Source: Chlamydiales bacterium (lineage in GTDB: Bacteria; Chlamydiota; Chlamydiia; Chlamydiales; JAAZZY01). Taken from it: DNA of 16,825 nt. The translations under genes and the position numbers were made by a program. Shown in pieces: positions 9,259 to 16,362 of this stretch; position 1 is the first letter of the stretch; each line of letters starts with the position of its first letter. Location: assembly GCA_965206695.1 (NCBI GenBank), contig CBDBKM010000009.1, positions 1 through 16,825 on the forward strand, read 5' to 3'. The notes below the pieces were generated by a model that worked only from the letters and a program-made list of their open reading frames with translations, did not search any database and was not told the DNA's origin.

Positions 9259-9400
9259 AGTGCCCTTCCCTGTGGGAGGAACCTGTAAAATTCCATTGAA
9301 GACTGCACGGATGCAGTCGGCCCGCGAGTGACGATTGCGAAGCAGAGGAACGAAAAGCGCATTAATTATTGACGGTGGTAGTGCTTGGACGGTACACTAA
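9259..9400 (+). other. GC-rich structured non-coding element (IS200/IS605 end or omega-RNA-like)
   Basis: Abrupt GC rise with a perfect hairpin GACTGCA-CGGA-TGCAGTC (9301-9318) and a further hairpin CTTCCC-TGT-GGGAGG. It lies directly upstream of a tnpB remnant. Confidence 0.45.
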
Positions 9401-9420
9401 TTGATTAAAATAAAGAGTTT

Positions 9421-9705
9421 ATGATGAAAGCTGTCAAATTAAGATTCTATCCAACCCTCAAACAGAGACGGCAATTGGCCCATGAGTTTGGTTGTTCTAA
9501 ATTTGTATAAAATTGGGCTTTAAAACGAAGAAGCTCTTTGTATCAAGAAGAAAAGAAATCTATCAATTGGATTGGTCTTAGAAGAGAACTCACACAGTTA
9601 AAAAAAGAAAAGACATTTCTTAAAAAGGTTTCCGCAACAAATTTATGCAATACGCTTAAAGCTTTGGAGTCGGGATTCCAAAAGTTTTTTAACGAGTTCT
9701 TTTAA
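9421..9705 (+). pseudogene. tnpB: IS200/IS605 TnpB (OrfB) N-terminal remnant
   Basis: MMKAVKLRFYPTLKQRRQLAHEFGCSKFV*NWALKRR...ELTQLKKEKTFLKKV...LKALESGFQKFF matches the HTH_OrfB_IS605 pattern (RFYPT...FGC.RFVYNWAL). TAA at 9508-9510 replaces Tyr, and the RuvC and Zn-ribbon parts are absent. Confidence 0.9.
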
Positions 9706-10025
9706 GAAAGAAATGCTAATAAAAACATCTCTGTCTTGTTTAGCAGATTCTATATAATCACCTATATTAACTAGATCAGACTCTTCATCTAATTAAAAGA
9801 CAATTTGAATTGACGGATTCTAATTTTCTGTTAATCGAATGTTATCTTTTTATTTATACACCTTATACTATTTGTTATTAGTAGATTAAAACATCTACTA
9901 AAAAAAACAAAGCAAACAAAACAGTTTATAGCATGAATTATATTCATGCATATATTATAATTTAAACTATAACACAAGTTATAATATAAATATTTTAATA
10001 AACTTCTAAAAAAAAGGATTTTATC

Positions 10026-10669
10026 ATGACAAGTATAGCATCAGGATCACATATTAATCGCACTACCCCTCCAAGCCTTTCATCCGCCTTTAAAAAAACT
10101 AGTAGCCTCCCCGCAGACACTATAAATAATTGGGTAACCGGTTGTGTTGGGGCCGTTATTGGAGGTGCTGCCGGATTCGGTCTTTCTTATATACCGTTGC
10201 GACTGCCCTAAGTTCTTCTATTGGAGCTGTGATAGGAAGTCCTGCCGGAGCCTTGATTTCTAATGCTTATAAAGCTTGTAAGCAATATGGAAAAGACAAG
10301 AAAGATTATAGAGTCGAATCAATCGCATTAAGACATCTTCGCTTTAATGAGCTAAGGAAGGAAGAAGAAGCTAGTCACAAAACAAGACCACACTTGCATG
10401 CTCGAAGAACAGAAGCCACTGTAATCACAATAGAAACTGAAGCCCAACCACATTCATCAGGACCGGCGCTCGTTCACCCAACAGAAGCCACTGTAATCAA
10501 AACAGAGACTAAAATCCGACGCCATTTATCATATGAAAAAGCAATAAGGTATCCTTCGATCTCATCATCAGATGAAGAAATAATAGATACAAGGAACCCG
10601 GAAACATTGTCTTCCGAGCAAGAAGTGGACAGTTGTGATATAATTTCCACCACTAGAGGTCACTGTTAG
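10026..10669 (+). pseudogene. Frameshifted Inc-like / glycine-zipper membrane protein (about 213 aa if joined)
   Basis: SD AAGGA and an S/T/P-rich N-terminus. The hydrophobic GAVIGGAAG in one frame joins GAVIGSPAG in another frame across TATATA at 10188-10193. A hydrophilic tail follows. Confidence 0.65.
10408..10499 (+). repeat. 20-bp direct repeat, 72-bp period (TEATVI x2)
   Basis: AACAGAAGCCACTGTAATCA at 10408-10427 and 10480-10499. Confidence 0.9.
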
Positions 10670-10880
10670 ATGCAAAATTAGATGCCATTGAGAGAGCTTC
10701 TTTTATGTCGCAAGAGGCTTTCTCTTGGATTTTTTCTATTTTGTGGAGTGTGCCATGTGAAATATTTGATTCTTTTGACAATCTTTCCGGTGTTCTCCCT
10801 TTGTCACCCTGATCCAATGTTGGATCAGGGTCTATCCTAATGCCGGCCACCCTTTCAACAGGCCCTTTAGGTTTTAGAAT
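10653..10880 (-). pseudogene. Phage-type ParB/KorB-like HTH protein remnant
   Basis: ILKPKGPVERVAGIRIDPDPTLDQGDKGRTPERLSKESNISHGTLHKIEKIQEKASCDIKEAL resembles phage DNA-binding segments of the form GRT.E.LAK..GVS..T..K..KI.EKA...IKE.L. There is no convincing start. Confidence 0.55.
10806..10831. repeat. Perfect inverted repeat (12-bp arms)
   Basis: ACCCTGATCCAA-TG-TTGGATCAGGGT. Confidence 0.9.
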
Positions 10881-10908
10881 TGACTCTAAAGAATATGCAG
10901 CTTAAAAT
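10880..10908 (+). promoter_or_regulatory. Sigma66/sigma70-type promoter for tRNA-Pro
   Basis: TTGACT (10880-10885), 17-nt spacer, TAAAAT (10903-10908), 33 nt upstream of the tRNA. Confidence 0.7.
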
Positions 10909-10941
10909 TGTAAAGTTTATTGACCCCTTTCTTCATTTTTT

Positions 10942-11019
10942 CTGGGTGTAGCGCAGCTTGGCCAGCGCACTTGCATGGGGTGCAAGGGGGCGGAGGTTCG
11001 AATCCTCTCACCCAGACCA
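10942..11019 (+). tRNA. tRNA-Pro (GGG)
   Basis: Acceptor CTGGGTG/CACCCAG+A+CCA, D arm GCGC, anticodon arm CTTGC-ATGGGGT-GCAAG and T loop TTCGAAT. Confidence 0.97.
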
Positions 11020-11043
11020 TTTTTCAATATGCTAAATTTTATC

Positions 11044-11280
11044 ATTTTCACATATGGAAAACTTGTTTAATTAATGTCAAATAACTGTTCAGATGTTGAC
11101 GATCGTTTTGTTCATAACCTAAAATTGTTCAAAAGTGCCCATTTATAAACATTTATTTGACAATTTATAAACAAGGAATATTCTCATGAAAATTAGCCTA
11201 CTTATGAACTCTTCCACAGCTTATGAAGAAGAAGAATTCTTTATATACTATTTTATTCTTTCTTTTTCTTTCTAAAAAAA
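11044..11280. other. oriC: Putative chromosomal replication origin (oriC)
   Basis: Eight DnaA-box-like 9-mers within about 175 bp, followed by an AT-rich tract (11237-11280). Sampled GC skew switches from C>G to G>C here, and parS is nearby. Confidence 0.7.
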
Positions 11281-11354
11281 GAACCTTGCAAACACACTTT
11301 ACACAATGCTAATCTATATGAAATAAAGTGCCTACTAAACTCATATATTTAATT

Positions 11355-12071
11355 ATGCAAAATCTATTTTATCCAAAAAAACTCTTTGCTCTTTCTGAGT
11401 TTTCCCACAAAGCATTGTTTGAAAATTGTTTATATCCTTGGGAAGCTTTAGCTAATTTAAACAATTATTTGAACAATCATAAACTTGGTGTTATAAAAGG
11501 TCATATATCTCCTTCAGCGCATTTAGAAAACAAGGAGTTAATATCAATTGGAGAAGGCACGATCGTTGAACCCGGGGCTTATATACAAGGCCCTTGCATT
11601 ATTGGAAGACAATGTACTATCAGGCATGGCGCTTATATCAGAGGTTTTGTTCTTACGGGAGATTCTTGTGTTATTGGGCATGCTACGGAAATCAAGCAAT
11701 CTATTTTGATCAATAAAGCTCATGCTGCTCATTTTGCTTATGTGGGAAATTCCATTCTCGGCTCAAATGTTAATTTAGGAGCGGGTGTGAAGCTTGCTAA
11801 TCTAAAGTTTAATCAAGGTTTGGTTTCTTTTTTATTGGAAGATCAAAGAATTGATACGGGTTTAAGAAAGCTTGGGGCTATTCTTGGAGATAACGTTCAA
11901 CTTGGATGTAATTGTGTAACTAACCCCGGGACGCTAATGAGCAAAGGGTCTTTTGCCTATCCTTGTACAAATTTTGGTGGTTATGTTCCGGAAAGTTGCT
12001 CAGTCGTATCTAATAAAAATAATGAGATAAAGCACATTGAGGACTTAAGTTATTATGATATTCGAAAATAA
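11355..12071 (+). CDS. glmU: GlmU-like hexapeptide-repeat acyltransferase (chlamydial CT629 type, no nucleotidyltransferase domain)
   Basis: Hexapeptide repeats (IGEGTIVEPGAYIQGPCIIG), AAHFAYVGNSILG and RKLGAILGD. It overlaps ispA. ATG 11355 is preferred over GTG 11328. Confidence 0.85.
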   Translation: MQNLFYPKKLFALSEFSHKALFENCLYPWEALANLNNYLNNHKLGVIKGHISPSAHLENKELISIGEGTIVEPGAYIQGPCIIGRQCTIRHGAYIRGFVLTGDSCVIGHATEIKQSILINKAHAAHFAYVGNSILGSNVNLGAGVKLANLKFNQGLVSFLLEDQRIDTGLRKLGAILGDNVQLGCNCVTNPGTLMSKGSFAYPCTNFGGYVPESCSVVSNKNNEIKHIEDLSYYDIRK

Positions 12072-12987
12072 AGATTTACATAGTTCCTTTGAAGATACAT
12101 TGAAATATTATAAAGATTGTTTCGATAAAAAAGTTAGAGACAGCATTCATTTACTCAGTTCTAAAAATTCTCTTAGAGATGCTTGTGAGTATGCTCTAAC
12201 AAATGGAGGGAAGCGTTTTCGACCAAGCATTGTTTTAATGATAGCAAAAACTTTTAATACACAAATAGACGTATGGGATGCAGCTTTGGCTGTTGAGTAT
12301 TTTCATACTTCTTCTTTAATTGCTGATGATTTGCCCTGCATGGACAATGATGATTTTAGAAGAAATATGCCTTCTTTGCACAAGAAGTACGGAGAAAATG
12401 TCGCCTTATTAGCGAGCTATGCTTTAATTGGTGCCGGTTATGAATCTATTTTAAAAAATGGAGAGTTGTTGAAATCCGAAAAAATTCATCCCCCTCAATT
12501 ATGCGATCAAATCTCTATTGAAGCCTTAAAAATTGTTGCTCACAATACCTGTATTGATGGCGCTCCCGGTGGTCAGTATTTAGATGTTTTCCCCCCAAAG
12601 GTAATGAATCGTAAGGTTCTTGAAGAGATTTTATACAAAAAAACAGTAACACTTTTTGAAATTGCCTTTGTATTCGGTTGGTTGTTCGGCGGAGGTGATA
12701 TTGCAAAACTTGCTAATGTAAAAAAAGCCGCTTACCATTTTGGCTTGGTATTTCAAATTGTTGATGATTTTTGCGACCTTCAGCAGGATTTACAGAAGGT
12801 ATCTTGTGCTAATTTTCCGGTGATTTTAGGTAATGAAAGTGCTATAGAAATTTTGCAACAAGAGCTTAACTTATTTAACAAGGTTACTGTAGAACTGGGG
12901 ATACATTCTCAGGAAATGAGCAGCTTAATTTATTATCTAATAGACGTGGCATCTAATGAAGCGAATATCACTTTAGTCTCAAATTAA
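12055..12987 (+). CDS. ispA: Polyprenyl diphosphate synthase (geranyltranstransferase)
   Basis: GGKRFRP, FARM DDLPCMDND-RR, GQYLD, KKT and SARM FQIVDDFCD. Confidence 0.93.
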   Translation: MIFENKDLHSSFEDTLKYYKDCFDKKVRDSIHLLSSKNSLRDACEYALTNGGKRFRPSIVLMIAKTFNTQIDVWDAALAVEYFHTSSLIADDLPCMDNDDFRRNMPSLHKKYGENVALLASYALIGAGYESILKNGELLKSEKIHPPQLCDQISIEALKIVAHNTCIDGAPGGQYLDVFPPKVMNRKVLEEILYKKTVTLFEIAFVFGWLFGGGDIAKLANVKKAAYHFGLVFQIVDDFCDLQQDLQKVSCANFPVILGNESAIEILQQELNLFNKVTVELGIHSQEMSSLIYYLIDVASNEANITLVSN

Positions 12988-13019
12988 AGACTAAAGTGAC
13001 AAATGCAAAAATCATCTTG

Positions 13020-14099
13020 TTACGATTGGGCGTCAGCCAATACTTTTACGGCATCAGCTTGATATTTCATTGTATCAGATAAGCTTTCAGGCGATTTAAA
13101 TCCGGCTTTTTCCAAAATTAAGGATTCAATTTCTTGTAATAGCTTAGGGGCTTTTTTTAGATATTGACGAACCGCTTCCCTTCCCTGTCCTAAACGCTCG
13201 GTTTTATAGCTAAACCAAGCTCCTTTTTTATCGATGATATTATATTCAACCCCCATGTCAATAATTGAACCAACACCTGAAATTCCTTCATTAAATATAA
13301 TATCAAACTCTGCAGTACGGAAAGGGGGAGCCATTTTATTTTTAACAACCTTCACTCTTACACGGTTTCCCGTATCCTGATTATCCTGTCCTTTAATCGC
13401 TGCAATACGGCGTATATCTATTCTAATAGACGAATAGAATTTTAAAGCTCTTCCTCCCGTTGTAGTTTCCGGACTCCCGAACATAACACCAATTTTTTCT
13501 CGAATTTGGTTAATAAAAACGGCACAGGTATTTGTCTTGGCTAGAGTAGATGTTAGCTTTCTTAAAGCTTGAGACATCATACGAGCTTGAAGTCCAACAT
13601 GCGTATCTCCTATCTCACCCTCTAATTCAGATCTGGGAACAAGGGCAGCTACTGAATCAATAACAATAACATCAATTGCATTAGATCTAGCCAGCATTTC
13701 AGCGATATTTAAAGCATCTTCGCCACAATCGGGTTGAGAGATCATAAGATCATTAACGTTTACACCAATTTTAGAGGCGTATCCCGGATCTAATGCGTGT
13801 TCAGCATCGATATAGGCTGCGAGACCACCATTCTGTTGGGCACCTGCTACAATATGAGTTGCAAGTGTAGATTTTCCCGATGATTCAGGACCATAGATTT
13901 CTACGATTCTTCCTCTTGGTACACCGCCTATGCCAAGCGCTATGTCGATAGCAATACTTCCGGTTTTTATAGTGCTGATCTTTTGAGTCGTCGAATGTTT
14001 ACCAAGAGTCATAATGGCACCGTCGCCGAACTGTTTTACAATATGCGAAATAGCAAGTTCTAAAGCTTTCTTTTTTGATGAATCTGTTGAATCAGACAT
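13020..14099 (-). CDS. recA: Recombinase A
   Basis: [35 protein letters not shown] and [12 protein letters not shown]. The likely start is ATG 14099. Confidence 0.99.
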   Translation of the reverse strand: MSDSTDSSKKKALELAISHIVKQFGDGAIMTLGKHSTTQKISTIKTGSIAIDIALGIGGVPRGRIVEIYGPESSGKSTLATHIVAGAQQNGGLAAYIDAEHALDPGYASKIGVNVNDLMISQPDCGEDALNIAEMLARSNAIDVIVIDSVAALVPRSELEGEIGDTHVGLQARMMSQALRKLTSTLAKTNTCAVFINQIREKIGVMFGSPETTTGGRALKFYSSIRIDIRRIAAIKGQDNQDTGNRVRVKVVKNKMAPPFRTAEFDIIFNEGISGVGSIIDMGVEYNIIDKKGAWFSYKTERLGQGREAVRQYLKKAPKLLQEIESLILEKAGFKSPESLSDTMKYQADAVKVLADAQS

Positions 14100-14280
14100 A
14101 AGATGCAAACCTTTAATTGTATTTAAGAATCGAATATTATTTACGCTGGTTTAAGGCTTAATCGTCAAGATAAAATGAGATAAAAACAGGAGTTTCGTGC
14201 AACAGAAACGCGTTATTAAAATAATTGCTCAAATAATTTTTTCAATCAAGGTATTATTTTTTTCTTTTGTTGAAGGGAAT

Positions 14281-14800
14281 CAACTTAAAGAAATTTTTGA
14301 AACCGTAAAACATGATGACAATAGGGAAGAGCCGGATGTCGTGATTGTGGATGATAGAATGTATGATAAGGATGGTGACGGCAAAACAAAGAATGCTCAT
14401 TGTGTAGAAGTGCTTAAACCGATTCACAATCGAGGTTTTAATTCCCAAGTAGTCGTTCCGGATGCATGATATTCCGGTTTAAAAAATCAGGGATATAGGA
14501 TTAAATTTTGTCACCGGTTTGCGTAAAAATAGAAAAGTTAATCGAAATATAAGTTTGGAAGGTTTGGATATTCCGTATGAAGGACCAAGCATTCACTTGC
14601 ATTGATTATGTGGTTACCCATATTGAAGAACCTAGTCGTAATGACATTGAAAAAATCATGCAGATTCGTTGGAAAATAGCAGTTTATTATTTTATGCTTG
14701 GTTACACAAATTTAAGCGAAGGAGGCGAGATAAAATATCTTTTTATCAACAAGATCGAAAAATGATAAAGCCCGATATTATTTTAAATATAAAAAATAAT
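14281..14800 (+). mobile_element. IS701-family transposase remnant (stop, frameshifts, internal deletions)
   Basis: Across frames it reads VVIVDD/RMYDKDGDGKTKNAH...VVPDA*YSGLKN / IRDIGLNFVTGLRKNRKV / DYVVT...RWKIAVY / AWLHK...SFYQQD. TGA at 14467-14469 replaces the Trp of DxWY. Confidence 0.8.
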
Positions 14801-14883
14801 TTAAAATATATCTTGATTGAAATGGCTATTTTATTAAATTTAAATAAGATAGAGATAGATCTAAAGATAACGCGCTTTTTAAG

Positions 14884-16362
14884 ATGTTGCTTGAAGTTAC
14901 AATAAAAAAAATAGAAGAAGATTGCCCTTTTTCTAATAGGGAAATCCATTTTCAAATAGATAAAGGGGAATGCCTGTGGTTAAGGGGGCCTTCCGGATCA
15001 GGCAAAACTTCTATAGCTCGACATTTGACTGAATTAGGACAACTAACCGGTGCGGATGTTCGGGTTGAGTGGGGGGGAGTGAAGCTTGAAGAAAGCAAAC
15101 ATTTGATAGGTTTGCTTTTTCAACAAGGAGTATTAATTGATTCATTAAATCTTGAAGAAAACATAGCCTTGAGCTGTGAATCTTCAAATCAACCTCATAA
15201 TAAAGAGAGTATTTTAAAGCAGATTAAAGAGGTTGATCTAGATTCATCCGACTTATTTAAAATGCCGGGAGAATTAAGTGGCGGAATGTTACGAAGAGCG
15301 GCTTTGGCCCAAATTTTGGCTCAACAAAAAAAATTAATTGTATTAGACGAACCCTTTGTCGGCCTTGATAAAACTACAATACAAGATGTTGTCAATGTTA
15401 TAAAGGTTCTAAAAGACAAGGGAATAGCTTTTATTCTAATCTCACATCAGGAAGAGTACTGTTCAAAAATAGTGACCCCCGGAAAGGAAATAAAGCTAAC
15501 TTCTCGTAAGCCGGAAAAAAGCAAAGAACATCTTAGGCGAACCCCCCATTGGAGTCAGATTATACGAACTGCTTTGAGAATAGGTGATTACTTGGGCATT
15601 TCGATTCCGTTAATATTGTGTGCTTTTTTTGCTGCCGGCTTGGCAACTAGCATGCTGTTTGCTCAAATGTTAAAAAACACAACGGCTCATTCAATTATTG
15701 GTGAACTTGGAAATGGTCATTCGACATTTCTTATGAAACTTTTCAGCAGTGAAATAGATAAGGTGGCATCAAGGTATCTACCTATTGTTAGAGAAAAGGT
15801 TTATATTTCAAGTATGACACGAGGTTTTGTTGTAGAATTGGGCCCCTTACTTACCGGGTTGTTATTAGCCGGTAGAATAGGGGGAAGTTATGCCGGTGAA
15901 GTTGGCATGATGCAGGCTACGAATCAAAATTATTTATTAAGAACTCTTGGAAAAAATGATCGTTTGTGGAGTTTGATACCGGCAGGCATAGCAGCATTGA
16001 TTGCAGCTCCGATCCTTACAATATTGGGTACAACGGTCGCTTTAGTTGCCGGAGGATGGGTTGGAACATGGGATCAATATAATGTTGTGGCCTCTTTTTC
16101 CGCATATTGGAAAGCTGTTATTGAAAAAGTTTTTGCCTGTGAGGGTAGTTTTATTAGCTATCTGCCTTTTGTCAATATATATCGAAGTTTGGGATTTATG
16201 ATTGTTATATTGGTTATCGCTGAGATTTGTGCCAGATATCATAAAAACTTGCAACCAAGAGATGTTCCACAAGCGATTACATGGGCCGTGGTTATAGCTA
16301 GTCTGTTTATTATCATTTTAGATTGGGGATTCTCTCAAATGATTCATTTTAAAAAAGTATAA
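14884..16362 (+). CDS. Fused ABC ATPase (MlaF-like) and MlaE-family permease
   Basis: The N-terminal half has Walker A GPSGSGKT, Q-loop LLFQ, signature LSGGM, Walker B LIVLDEP and H-loop ISH. The C-terminal half has the MlaE motif ELGPLLTGLLLAGRIGGSYAGEVGMM and several TM helices. One continuous 492-aa frame. Confidence 0.88.
   Translation: MLLEVTIKKIEEDCPFSNREIHFQIDKGECLWLRGPSGSGKTSIARHLTELGQLTGADVRVEWGGVKLEESKHLIGLLFQQGVLIDSLNLEENIALSCESSNQPHNKESILKQIKEVDLDSSDLFKMPGELSGGMLRRAALAQILAQQKKLIVLDEPFVGLDKTTIQDVVNVIKVLKDKGIAFILISHQEEYCSKIVTPGKEIKLTSRKPEKSKEHLRRTPHWSQIIRTALRIGDYLGISIPLILCAFFAAGLATSMLFAQMLKNTTAHSIIGELGNGHSTFLMKLFSSEIDKVASRYLPIVREKVYISSMTRGFVVELGPLLTGLLLAGRIGGSYAGEVGMMQATNQNYLLRTLGKNDRLWSLIPAGIAALIAAPILTILGTTVALVAGGWVGTWDQYNVVASFSAYWKAVIEKVFACEGSFISYLPFVNIYRSLGFMIVILVIAEICARYHKNLQPRDVPQAITWAVVIASLFIIILDWGFSQMIHFKKV

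Noticed and set aside
9878..9901. GTAGAT/ATCTAC hairpin resembling a Cas12a CRISPR repeat near tnpB
   Set aside because: Single copy with the arm order reversed relative to TCTAC...GTAGAT; no spacers or cas genes.
10408..10499. 20-bp direct repeats as a mini-CRISPR
   Set aside because: Only two copies, with an in-frame 72-bp period encoding a peptide duplication.
10942..11019. tRNA-Pro as the att site of an integrated element
   Set aside because: No duplicated tRNA 3' end or integrase is seen, and the phage-like relic is on the 5' side.
11157..11184. TTGACA-N16-TATTCT promoter with flanking ATTTATAAACA repeats as an operator
   Set aside because: Possible, but the repeats are better explained as DnaA boxes of the oriC cluster, so it is not called separately.
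4047..12706. Short nested ORFs (4047-4247, 4353-4571, 4892-5095, 5553-5741, 6024-6239, 7178-7405, 8381-8593, 11544-11732, 12515-12706)
   Set aside because: All overlap well-supported genes in other frames or strands and are of chance length.
3962..14469. In-frame TGA/TAA in several fragments as a sign of an alternative genetic code
   Set aside because: They replace different residues (Gly, Tyr, Trp) and occur only in otherwise broken relics. pgm ends normally at TGA.
14197..14955. Five short ORFs called as independent genes
   Set aside because: The plus-strand ones are pieces of one IS701 pseudogene and the minus-strand ones are shadows. The first 28 codons after AGGAG/GTG 14197 remain unexplained.
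15071..15077. G7 run in the ABC-MlaE gene as a phase-variation tract
   Set aside because: Short, in frame and explained by Trp-Gly-Gly codons; no evidence of variation.
16042..16272. Minus-strand 76-aa ORF
   Set aside because: Antisense to the MlaE domain.
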